The notes under the pieces are model-generated. The model was not told the DNA's origin and did not search any database. It worked only from the letters and a program-made list of their open reading frames with translations. The position numbers were made by a program, and so were the translations under genes. 64,000 nucleotides of DNA from a virus. Taxonomy: Duplodnaviria; Caudoviricetes. This document shows, piece by piece, positions 27,902 to 36,805 of the stretch (within the stretch, counting starts at the first letter, position 1; every line of letters begins with the position of its first letter). The stretch lies in IMG/VR virus record IMGVR_UViG_2675903036_000001, positions 22,710 through 86,709 of that record, one strand, 5' to 3'.

Positions 27902-30900
27902 ATGAGGCCAATCTTATTTATCAAATCAGCTCCCCTCAAATGGAATGAATCCGATCACTCGCGCAATGAAAAGGGTGAGTTTGCGCATAAACCATCCATG
28001 CATGTTGAGTCAAGCGCCGGAATCGAATCATTTGAACAGGCAAGAGCGTGGTGGCGTAAAAATCTCGGTGGAAAGGTGGCCGACCTGACGGTTCATCTTT
28101 CGCGTTCCGGCGACGGATGGAAAAAAACAATAAAGATCAAGGTTGATTTCCCGTCCAATGAAACCCACGCTTTTACTGAAAAATCAGATCCTGGCGTAAA
28201 CCCAGATTGTTACGATAATCCAAAAAAACGTTTGCATCCGAGATCATTTATTCGTGAACGCGCGATATTAATGGATCGCATTGCTAGGACAATCGAGTTT
28301 CCACAAACGAAAGCCATTCATTATGGCGCTGACCTGTTATTCGAGCGCGTTTATGGAGGCAAGCACCTTGTGGTTGCTTTGACGTGGAGTCAAGCACGCG
28401 GTTTATATGTGTTTGATTCCGCGTATGCGATGTCGGCAGACAAAGTAAAGAAAATCTTGAGCAGTCAAGACCGCACAAAAAACAACGGCCCACTTCAAAA
28501 AAGTGAGCCATTTGGATCGGCGCCTTCGGTCTTTCGGGACTCTACTGAATCCGGGAGTTACCCCACCGGCAGTAAACCTGTGGTATCAGAACCCATCGGC
28601 TTCCGTCGCTGCTGCACAGATACTATAGTTGACTTTCTAACGACGGTCAACGCCGATTTGGTGAAGTCGATTCCGGCGGGTGCGCGCTGGATCACGGTTC
28701 ACCCTAATGGCAAGGACGCAAAAGGCCAGCCATTGCTTGTTCAGGAGGAATCAGACGGTTCGATGCGCGTCATTGGTGGCGCTGGCGGCAAGCTTAATTA
28801 CCTGAAATTGCGCCATGTCCGCTCTGAGTCCGATTACAAGAAAGAGGCTGGTGAGCGCAGAAAGGCGCAAGCTGAGAAAAGAAAAGAACAGCGAAAAAAG
28901 GATAAAGAGCTTGGTATAAGCGAATCCAAGGGCCGAGCGCGAGAAGCTATTGTTGCTCAACGCAGGGGCGCGGAAAGAGAGTACATCCAGTCTGTCTCTC
29001 AAGCAATGGGCTGGGAGCAATCATCAATCGAATTCCCGGAGCATAAATACGGCCATTTGTCGGATGCCGCCGTCAACAAGCTACGCGGCAAGCACCATAG
29101 AAACTTACTGGAAAAAGCCAAGCAAGCAGTCGAGCTGCAGCGTCAAAAGTTGCTGTCGAGTGAAGAGGCGAGATTGTCTGCCGGGATAGGCGAAGTGCCT
29201 CTTGATACGCAGGATGATGATAGTCTGTCGGTTGATGATCTTAAACCCATCCCAAGTCAGAATGGAGGTCTTGGATATAGCTCTGATTATAAAGGTCGCG
29301 CTGAACGTGCCGGGCTGACTGAGGAAGACTTGAAAGCTGAGTCAAGCGCCATCCGCTCAGAAAAGCTTGCGCAAATGACTGACGCGCAACGGCAGGCGGC
29401 AATCAGGCTAGGTGAAACATCCAGGCTGCTGAAGCAGGAACTGGAAAATATCCGGGAGCCGGTTGTATCGAACGCGGTGAGTGTAATGGAAGATGCCAAA
29501 GCTGCGGTCGAATTACTCAAGGCAGAAAAGAAGCTGAAGGCCATTAACCAGCAAGCAAAAATGAAGCTGGCTGAAGTGGATGAGGCCAGTGCAAAGGTAG
29601 AGCCAAAGGCGTTTGTGCTTGAGTATGCGGCTGACCCTGATATAGAAAAGAAAATCGCGGAAGATATCGAAAACGATCTGCGCACTGCGCAAACACGCAC
29701 ATTTTTGACGGAATTTCAGCGGTTAGCCGGTGATAAGCCGGAGGAAACCGTTGGAAAATATATGGGTATCGGTGCTTATAACAGCATTAATTCCCTGGCG
29801 CTTGCTGTGGGTGGTGATGCTTTGGTAGATCGCTCAGTGGTAGATGTGCTGGGTATAGCCGGTGCAGCGCAGGTGCTGGCGAGGCGAGTCCATGCCGATC
29901 TGAAGGAGGATGTAGATCGGATTGCTGAGGGCATGCAGGAGTTTCACCTTCACCACTACATGACAACCAGCGATCAGGCACTTAATCAAGCACGTGAATT
30001 GATGGATGTGGCGCGTGAAATTGAGATAGGTGAGGGTGCAACAGGGGCTGATCTTAATACCGCACAAGAGCTCAATGCCAAGCGCCGGGCTGCGGTGACT
30101 GATGCGCAAAAGATCATCGGGCAAGCATTAGGAGAAATGGAGGCCAATGCTGCTCTGGTGATGGCGCTGAAGCAAGGCGCAAAAGATTTGGTGCAGGTAC
30201 CATTAGGCAATCTATCTGTCGAAAGTGCAATTGTGCGCGCTAGGGCAATCGGATTGCAGCGTGGGGATTATCAAATTGACGATTCTGCAGGGCAAACCTT
30301 CCTGACCGTCAATGCAAGCGGTATGGATAGATTAGCCAAGCCGGTTAATCGCGAAGATGTAGAGCAGATTAAACATAATCTCTCGATCATGCGTGGCGAT
30401 CACGATGAAGATGATTGGCTGCCGTTGGGTGTTGCCAACAGACCAGATTTGGCGATAAATGTTAATCCGGGCATTGCGCCAAGGTTAGCTGACCCATTTC
30501 AACCAAGCGAAGACCCGGAACAATCACTGCGAGATTATATCGGTGGACGCACGGCTGATGGCGATACGCCTGCCGATATCCTGGCTGACATTCAATCGCT
30601 GGATTTCTTCCGGAAAGCAGGTAGTGATGAAGCGTACAGAGCTGCGCTAGATGCTGTTGCACCATTAAAGGATCAAGATGGAAAAATACAACGAGCTGAA
30701 TCACTCTCTGACCATTTCGAGCAATATGCAGACCAATTTGTACAATCCAGATACGGTGGATCAAGATCCCCGATCAACCGTCAAAAGTTTGAAATTAACC
30801 AAAAATCAGTTGATGCACTCCATCGCGCATTGTCAGAGGCACCGGAGGGTGTGGCGGCATATAAGCAGATAGGCGAGTTGACCCATACTGATCAAAGGAC

Positions 30901-33175
30901 GCTTAGAGAGTATTTCTATCGTCATGTGGCGAAGGAAACCCCGGAATCCAGCATGTTGCGTCAAGACCTGGAGCAATTGGACAAAAACGAGCCGGAAAAA
31001 GAGTTTGTCGATATGTTTGGCGACACGGCTACTAACCCGGAATGGTCGGCTTGGCGCAATCAGCGTGATGAGCTTGCGGCGAAGGTTAATGCTGCATCTC
31101 TAACCTGGGATAAGTATATTGACACGATGCGTGGGCATGAAAAAGCCTACGAGTCCATTCAGGACATGATTCGTTCGCGCGTGTCCAAAAAGTTTGTTGA
31201 TGAGCACAATAAACTGAATCCCGATAATCCTTTGAAGATAGGCCGGTCTGTTATCCGTAATAACCTGAATCATCTGGATGCAACAGACCAGGAAACGCGG
31301 GAAGCAAGAATGGCAGAACAAAGGCAGTTGATAGACAGTCTGCGTGAGCGCTCTCAAGGCAGATATGCTGCAGGTTCTGTCTCTGACAAACTGGATGCGG
31401 TGAGAGAACGTCAGGAAGCGTTTGAACAGTCGCAAATGGATTTCTTTTCTACTGAGGAAATGCCTGCTGAGGAAGCCATTAAAGAATTAAGAAGCGATGA
31501 GCGGCATACAGTAGGGCATGAAGCAGAGCGGCAGATTGCCGGGATGATGGGTATTGTCGGCAAAAACTTTAAGCCGGGGCAACCCGTAAAACTCTGGAAT
31601 CCATCGATGAGCGGGGGCGATAATTACGCGCGTCAGCGGGCTATCAAGCTGATTCAGGCAAACAAGCGCATCGGCTTGCACCTAGGCGCGGGATCCGGAA
31701 AAACGCTTGTCGGTCTCGGCGGATTTACCCATCTTCATCAGCAAGGGCTTGTAAAAAGAGGGATTGCGGTAGTTCCAAGCATAGTCCAAGGGCAGTTTTC
31801 GGGAGAGGCCATCAGGTATCTTGAGCCGAACAAGTTTAACTGGCACATCGAGCCTGGCGCAAACCGTGCGGAGCGAATCGCGGCATATAAAAATCCTGAT
31901 AATCATCTTTGTGTTGTAACTCATCAATCGCTTCGTGACGATCTGTTATATCTGGGTTCGCAACGCGCGGGTATTCCGCCAAAAGAAATGTCTGAGCGTG
32001 TATCAGTGATGACTCACGCAGAACGCAAAGAGTGGGCGCGTGATCTGATGGAGAAAGAAGGAATCGATTTTCAGTACATGATGATCGATGAAGGTCATAA
32101 CCTTCTCGACCGTCAAGGGAAGGAAGATTCCGCCATGTCCAACGTGATCGGCTCTTTTTCTGCAAATACTCCTTACTATGTGAGCATGACCGCCGACCCG
32201 GTTCGCAATGACGCGTCGGAAATATTCTCCGCGTTGCAGAAGGTCGCACCGGAAAGATATACCGACAGAGCGGAGTTCATGCGCCGCTACGGAACAGATA
32301 CATTGGCATCAAAGGATGCATTGCGTCGAGAAATGGCAAGATACTTCTATCCTCACAAGATAGAACCAAAAGTCAATATCAAAAGCGATGTGGTGAACGT
32401 GCCGCTCAGTGAAGGCCAGAAACACGCTCTGTCTTCATTGGATAAGGATTTGGCGTCTATGCGCATTGCCAGAATGCAAGGCAAGGTGGATATTGAAGCT
32501 GCAAAACGGGTGAATCCCGCTATGTTCGATGGCGTTCCCGAAGATCGGCATGAATCGATTGCGAAGTCGTTGCAAAACGCAATTGGGATTGTCCGTGAGT
32601 CCGCTACGCAACGAATAATCAATGCTCACCCAGAATCTGCGAAACTGGACGAAGTGGCGAAACAGGTCAAAGCGAGAAGCGGGAAACCAGGAATTATTTT
32701 TTCACACAGCCTGGAAGCCGTTGAATCCATCAAGTCGCGGCTGGAAAAGGAAGGGATGCGCGTCGTTACGATATCAGGAGCAGATTCGTCTGCTGAGAAG
32801 GATCGTAAGCGCAAGATGTTCAGCCCCGATGGGGGTGAAGAACCGAAAGCCGATATTCTTGTGGCGTCAGATGCTGCAAGCACGGGGCTAAACGCGCAGC
32901 GCGGTCAGTACCTGATTCAGTACGACGTGGTGAATACTGCGATGACGCACGCTCAACGCAGAGCGCGTATACACCGGATTGGGCAGAAAAATGATATTGA
33001 ATTGATTGATTTGGTTGGAGACCATCCTTCTGAGCGCAGAGCAAGAGACCGATTGGCAAAAAAGTATCAGTTGAGGGATTTGACTACGAGCCCGCTGGAA
33101 GGACTTGATGATACCGGCCTGGCTTATTTCCTGCGCCAGCGAGAACTAACACAAAATCAAGGAGGGTTGTTTTGA
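27902..33175 (+). CDS. giant polyvalent protein: leader + putative BECR/LPD-type RNase domain + helical region + SNF2-type helicase
   Basis: GAGSGKT, IDEGH, MTADP, STGLN, QRRARIHRIGQ; the N-terminal domain call is tentative. Confidence 0.8.
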   Translation: MRPILFIKSAPLKWNESDHSRNEKGEFAHKPSMHVESSAGIESFEQARAWWRKNLGGKVADLTVHLSRSGDGWKKTIKIKVDFPSNETHAFTEKSDPGVNPDCYDNPKKRLHPRSFIRERAILMDRIARTIEFPQTKAIHYGADLLFERVYGGKHLVVALTWSQARGLYVFDSAYAMSADKVKKILSSQDRTKNNGPLQKSEPFGSAPSVFRDSTESGSYPTGSKPVVSEPIGFRRCCTDTIVDFLTTVNADLVKSIPAGARWITVHPNGKDAKGQPLLVQEESDGSMRVIGGAGGKLNYLKLRHVRSESDYKKEAGERRKAQAEKRKEQRKKDKELGISESKGRAREAIVAQRRGAEREYIQSVSQAMGWEQSSIEFPEHKYGHLSDAAVNKLRGKHHRNLLEKAKQAVELQRQKLLSSEEARLSAGIGEVPLDTQDDDSLSVDDLKPIPSQNGGLGYSSDYKGRAERAGLTEEDLKAESSAIRSEKLAQMTDAQRQAAIRLGETSRLLKQELENIREPVVSNAVSVMEDAKAAVELLKAEKKLKAINQQAKMKLAEVDEASAKVEPKAFVLEYAADPDIEKKIAEDIENDLRTAQTRTFLTEFQRLAGDKPEETVGKYMGIGAYNSINSLALAVGGDALVDRSVVDVLGIAGAAQVLARRVHADLKEDVDRIAEGMQEFHLHHYMTTSDQALNQARELMDVAREIEIGEGATGADLNTAQELNAKRRAAVTDAQKIIGQALGEMEANAALVMALKQGAKDLVQVPLGNLSVESAIVRARAIGLQRGDYQIDDSAGQTFLTVNASGMDRLAKPVNREDVEQIKHNLSIMRGDHDEDDWLPLGVANRPDLAINVNPGIAPRLADPFQPSEDPEQSLRDYIGGRTADGDTPADILADIQSLDFFRKAGSDEAYRAALDAVAPLKDQDGKIQRAESLSDHFEQYADQFVQSRYGGSRSPINRQKFEINQKSVDALHRALSEAPEGVAAYKQIGELTHTDQRTLREYFYRHVAKETPESSMLRQDLEQLDKNEPEKEFVDMFGDTATNPEWSAWRNQRDELAAKVNAASLTWDKYIDTMRGHEKAYESIQDMIRSRVSKKFVDEHNKLNPDNPLKIGRSVIRNNLNHLDATDQETREARMAEQRQLIDSLRERSQGRYAAGSVSDKLDAVRERQEAFEQSQMDFFSTEEMPAEEAIKELRSDERHTVGHEAERQIAGMMGIVGKNFKPGQPVKLWNPSMSGGDNYARQRAIKLIQANKRIGLHLGAGSGKTLVGLGGFTHLHQQGLVKRGIAVVPSIVQGQFSGEAIRYLEPNKFNWHIEPGANRAERIAAYKNPDNHLCVVTHQSLRDDLLYLGSQRAGIPPKEMSERVSVMTHAERKEWARDLMEKEGIDFQYMMIDEGHNLLDRQGKEDSAMSNVIGSFSANTPYYVSMTADPVRNDASEIFSALQKVAPERYTDRAEFMRRYGTDTLASKDALRREMARYFYPHKIEPKVNIKSDVVNVPLSEGQKHALSSLDKDLASMRIARMQGKVDIEAAKRVNPAMFDGVPEDRHESIAKSLQNAIGIVRESATQRIINAHPESAKLDEVAKQVKARSGKPGIIFSHSLEAVESIKSRLEKEGMRVVTISGADSSAEKDRKRKMFSPDGGEEPKADILVASDAASTGLNAQRGQYLIQYDVVNTAMTHAQRRARIHRIGQKNDIELIDLVGDHPSERRARDRLAKKYQLRDLTTSPLEGLDDTGLAYFLRQRELTQNQGGLF
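28474..28509 (-). terminator. intrinsic terminator on the minus strand inside the CDS
   Basis: GGCTCACTT-ttttg-AAGTGGGCC then GTTGTTTTTT; the U-G pair works only in the minus-strand RNA. Confidence 0.7.
28477..28615 (-). ncRNA. putative ~140-nt structured antisense RNA embedded in the CDS
   Basis: bounded by its own promoter and terminator; nested stems TTTACTG/CAGTAGA and CCGG/CCGG, and a GGG-GTAA-CTC GNRA hairpin. Confidence 0.6.
28622..28650 (-). promoter_or_regulatory. sigma70 promoter TTGACC-17-TATAGT (antisense, intragenic)
   Basis: 5/6 and 5/6 matches to consensus with optimal spacing. Confidence 0.7.
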
Positions 33176-33251
33176 GAGCAATTATTTCTGCCATGCTGCT
33201 TGTCAGTTGCGGGGTTTCCCCGGCGTCTGACAGTTTTCTGGAGACACGCTG

Positions 33252-33500
33252 TTGATTGATGATCTCAAGGATCGCTCAAGGAGACAGCTAGGCGAGTTGG
33301 CCGTCATGCAGCATCGCATCAATGAAAGCGAGAAGCTGATACTCAAGCGGGCTGAAACGAGGCTGGATGAAGTCAATGCGCGCATTCAGCAAATACGGTC
33401 TTCATCATTGGACCAGTCGCAGGAATATATGAATTTAATCAAAGAGCGTGGTCTACTGCACATGATCATCGCGCAAGCAAAAGCATCTATTCGGATTTAG
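33252..33500 (+). CDS. small helical hypothetical protein
   Basis: GGAG RBS, TTG start. Confidence 0.55.
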   Translation: MIDDLKDRSRRQLGELAVMQHRINESEKLILKRAETRLDEVNARIQQIRSSSLDQSQEYMNLIKERGLLHMIIAQAKASIRI

Positions 33501-33537
33501 TTTCACTTGGAATTCTCCAAGTGAGAGAGAACGATTT

Positions 33538-33601
33538 CTCACTGGCGATTTCGCCAGTGAGCTTTGGTAGCGCACTTTGACCGCCTTCTGGCGGTTTTTT
33601 T
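33538..33601 (+). terminator. double hairpin; the second is an intrinsic terminator
   Basis: CTCACTGGCGA-tt-TCGCCAGTGAG; ACCGCC-ttct-GGCGGT followed by a T-run. Confidence 0.7.
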
Positions 33602-33625
33602 GTGATCAATCCCTTATCTATCAAG

Positions 33626-33640
33626 TCGTGATGCAAACAT
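33626..33640 (+). promoter_or_regulatory. putative late promoter TCGTGA-tgc-AAACAT, ATG 6 nt downstream
   Basis: repeated motif. Confidence 0.7.
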
Positions 33641-33646
33641 TGCTGC

Positions 33647-34567
33647 ATGAACGACGCGGAGATACTTGCAGCGACACCAGATTACATAAGCATCGGGAGC
33701 ATGCTCAAGGCAACTCCTGCGATGGAGTCTGGGCAGCGTCTGATTTATCTGGAAGCTAGCAACGAGGCGCTTGACCAGCAGAATGAAGTGGTTCTGCAGA
33801 AAGCGCTCAAGGATAGCGCGGACTGGTTTCTGCGCTACGGAAATCTGGATATCGACCATTTCAGTTTGATCGGCAAGCCCAATCCGGCCAAAGGGTATGC
33901 AGGCATACCGGATTATCAGAACTACGAGATTGGTAGACCGCTTGATGTCCGCTTTGATGGTGCCAAGACATTTGTTAAAGGCGAGATTTATTCTGGTCAA
34001 GGTGCTGCTGCTGAACAGGCCAATCAATTCTGGGAAAGCTTGACTGAAATACAGCCTCCAGCCAGATGGTATCCATCCGTAGGTGGAAGCATCATGGAAA
34101 AAGCTGTTGAGCTGGATGCCAATACACAAGCGCGCAAAACTGTTATCAGAAAAGTGCGCTGGTCTAATATCGGTTTTAGCAAAACGCCAGTCAATCCAGC
34201 GGTTCCCACAGTGGCCACCGTTCCCATAGGTGTGCTCGTCAAGAGCTGGGGGGCATCCGGTCTTGATATCGCCAAGGCATTGGAAGCAGGTTACGGCACG
34301 GATTCCGCTCAATTGTCGGGCGGCGCGGCATTGCGCAAGCAATCCCTGCATGGCAATCCCATTGGATATTTTGAATTACGCAATCGCTTATCGGAGGCTT
34401 TGCATAAAGGCAGTCTCGGTAAGAACCCAGGCATACGTGACCTGATTGCGCATTGCACGCAGAAGTTCGGGTTGTCTCGGGACGAGGCCGCCGAATGTGT
34501 TGAGCGCTTCATGCGCGATTTAAAACGTGGGTTGAAAAATCGCCAGGCAATCAGGTCGGGCGGGTAA
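33647..34567 (+). CDS. prohead protease
   Basis: EASNEALDQQNEVV, GNLDIDH, YPSVGG, TPVNP; located before scaffold and capsid. Confidence 0.75.
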   Translation: MNDAEILAATPDYISIGSMLKATPAMESGQRLIYLEASNEALDQQNEVVLQKALKDSADWFLRYGNLDIDHFSLIGKPNPAKGYAGIPDYQNYEIGRPLDVRFDGAKTFVKGEIYSGQGAAAEQANQFWESLTEIQPPARWYPSVGGSIMEKAVELDANTQARKTVIRKVRWSNIGFSKTPVNPAVPTVATVPIGVLVKSWGASGLDIAKALEAGYGTDSAQLSGGAALRKQSLHGNPIGYFELRNRLSEALHKGSLGKNPGIRDLIAHCTQKFGLSRDEAAECVERFMRDLKRGLKNRQAIRSGG

Positions 34568-34578
34568 TAAACGGAGAT

Positions 34579-35229
34579 ATGGAGAAAATTATGAGCTTTG
34601 AAAAACTGTTAGACGAACTCGAAACCATGAGCAAGGCCATGCCATCCGACGACACTGGCGAGGATGATAAAAAGATCCAAGCTGCGGCGGCTGAAGGTGG
34701 TGAAGGCGATGTGAGTGATGAGAATGAAAATGTCGATGGAAATGAAGAAGAAAGCGACGACGATCCAAGTGACGATGAAGTGGAAGTTGGAGATGAAAAC
34801 ATGACCAAATCATTTCAATTCACCCTTGATAGCGGAGAAATCATTGAAGCGCAAGACGGAACCAAGCTGGTTAAGTCGTTGATGAATCGTATCGAGAAGA
34901 ATGAAGGAACGTTGACTAAAGCGCTTGGCACTGCGGTCACGCTCATCAAATCACAGGGAGACATGATTAAGTCTCTACAGGAAAAGATCGGCCAATTGTC
35001 CGGTCAGGGGCGCGGACGCAAGGCGGTTGTTAGCGTCGTGGAGAAGCAGCCTACTGCTCTGGTCAAGTCTGCTCAGGAAGAAGGCATGTCTTCAAATGAA
35101 TTCATGACAAAGGCGTTGAGTGCGCAAGCTTCCGGAAAAATAACCGGCAATGACGTGGCTCGCGCGGAAGCGTATCTGAACAAGGGCATGCCGATTCCGT
35201 CGGACATCGTTAGCAGAGTAATCAGCTAA
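34579..35229 (+). CDS. capsid scaffold protein
   Basis: acidic stretch + coiled coil; eight [LM]-x-K-[SA] motifs; position. Confidence 0.7.
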   Translation: MEKIMSFEKLLDELETMSKAMPSDDTGEDDKKIQAAAAEGGEGDVSDENENVDGNEEESDDDPSDDEVEVGDENMTKSFQFTLDSGEIIEAQDGTKLVKSLMNRIEKNEGTLTKALGTAVTLIKSQGDMIKSLQEKIGQLSGQGRGRKAVVSVVEKQPTALVKSAQEEGMSSNEFMTKALSAQASGKITGNDVARAEAYLNKGMPIPSDIVSRVIS

Positions 35230-35274
35230 GTTCCCGTATCGTTATCATTAGTCACTAAGTTAAGGAAAATTATA

Positions 35275-36735
35275 ATGAATCCACAAGTAATCCAATCTTT
35301 GACCGGCAATGCATCAGGTACTGGTCAGATGTCGTTGGGGGATGTTCAAGATTTGCAGAAGGCGCTTGAAGCGGGTTACGGTACTGATGTTGCGCAGCTG
35401 ACTGGTGGCGGTGCGCTGCGTATTCAGTCGCTCGAAAAAACCATGCTGTCCACTATCCAGGAGAATAAGCATTTTGCTTTATTCAACGAGCTGCAAAAAA
35501 CCAATGCAACGGCTACGGTAGATGAATGGACTGAGCAATCAGGCGTTGGCGGTAGATTAGGCGGATCGACTAATACTGAGACGGGCAATATCCGTGCGGC
35601 GCAAGGTCAGTACAATCGTCGTACTGGCATGGTCAAGTACCTGATGACTCGCAGGGAAGTATCGTTCGTACAAACGTTGCAAAATGCGATTGCGGATGCC
35701 GAGGCAGTTGAAGCTCAGAATGGCGCATTGCAGTTGCTGACGGATGCCGAATACCTGTGCTTTGAGGGCGATTCCACGGTTGTTCCTACCGAGTATGACG
35801 GATTGCGCGCATTGCTGTTGGATGGTGTTGATGCTGGCCAGGTGTCTGCGGATAACATCTTGGACGCAGAGGGTCAGTCCCTGGCATCTATTGATCTGAT
35901 CAGCAAAGGCGCTGCGCAAATCGCCGGATATGGCAACTTTGGCACGCCAACACATCTTTTCATGAGCCAGCTTACTCAATCCGATTTTGATATTGGACTT
36001 GATCCGGCATGGCGCGTACCGTTAAACGATGTGCCTGGAGGCGGTATCAGCCTGGGCTCTCCCGTGGTCGGTATTCGCACCAGTTGGGGTAACATCAAAA
36101 CAGTTAATGACGTATTCATCCGCGATGAGCGCCAACAAATGCCGCATGAAGCATCCAATGCCGCTGACGCTTCCGCAATGAATGCGATCAAACCGGCTTC
36201 TGTCGCAGGAGTCGCCACAAGTGATGCTAGCTCAAAGTTTGGCGCTGCGCATGATGGCAATTATTACTACTTTGTTACCGGCGTTAATGCTGCAGGTGAA
36301 TCAACCGGCAAGGCATCTGCTCAGGTCGCTGTTGCGGTTGGCGATAAAGTCACGCTGACTATTACCGCGTCAGTTGGCGGAGAGGAGACCGGATATGTGA
36401 TCTACCGCAGTCGCCTGAATGGAACAGCCAACGCAAATGATGTGCGTCAGATGGCGCGAGTAGCAAAATCAGGTGCTACCACAACCTACGTCGATCTGAA
36501 CCGTGAAATCCCCGGATCGACCAATGCCTATATTCTCAATATGGCTCCAGGCGCGATGGCAATCACCTGGAGACAGTTACTTCCTATGCTGAAATTCCCG
36601 CTCTATCCTACTGTTAGCGCAGTAGTTCCTTGGGCGCAGTTGTTGTTCGGCTATCTTCGTATCGGGAAACGCCGTCATCATGTTCTGATCAAGAATATCG
36701 TGAGCAACGGCGCGCTGTGGAAGCCATTCGCATAA
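35275..36735 (+). CDS. major capsid protein (N-terminus reminiscent of Twort/A511-type capsids)
   Basis: KALEAGYGTD..LTGGGALR.QSL, E..CF.GDS, EYDGL. Confidence 0.85.
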   Translation: MNPQVIQSLTGNASGTGQMSLGDVQDLQKALEAGYGTDVAQLTGGGALRIQSLEKTMLSTIQENKHFALFNELQKTNATATVDEWTEQSGVGGRLGGSTNTETGNIRAAQGQYNRRTGMVKYLMTRREVSFVQTLQNAIADAEAVEAQNGALQLLTDAEYLCFEGDSTVVPTEYDGLRALLLDGVDAGQVSADNILDAEGQSLASIDLISKGAAQIAGYGNFGTPTHLFMSQLTQSDFDIGLDPAWRVPLNDVPGGGISLGSPVVGIRTSWGNIKTVNDVFIRDERQQMPHEASNAADASAMNAIKPASVAGVATSDASSKFGAAHDGNYYYFVTGVNAAGESTGKASAQVAVAVGDKVTLTITASVGGEETGYVIYRSRLNGTANANDVRQMARVAKSGATTTYVDLNREIPGSTNAYILNMAPGAMAITWRQLLPMLKFPLYPTVSAVVPWAQLLFGYLRIGKRRHHVLIKNIVSNGALWKPFA

Positions 36736-36805
36736 AGCTTTAACCAGATAGCGCGGCAGGAGGCTTTATGGCTTCCTGTTGTGCTGCTGTATAGGAGACA
36801 GAGAA

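Noticed and set aside
28520-28595. Hammerhead ribozyme in the antisense RNA (CTGATA...CGAAA)
   Set aside because: The core reads CUGAUAC rather than CUGANGA and the stems do not fit the hammerhead topology
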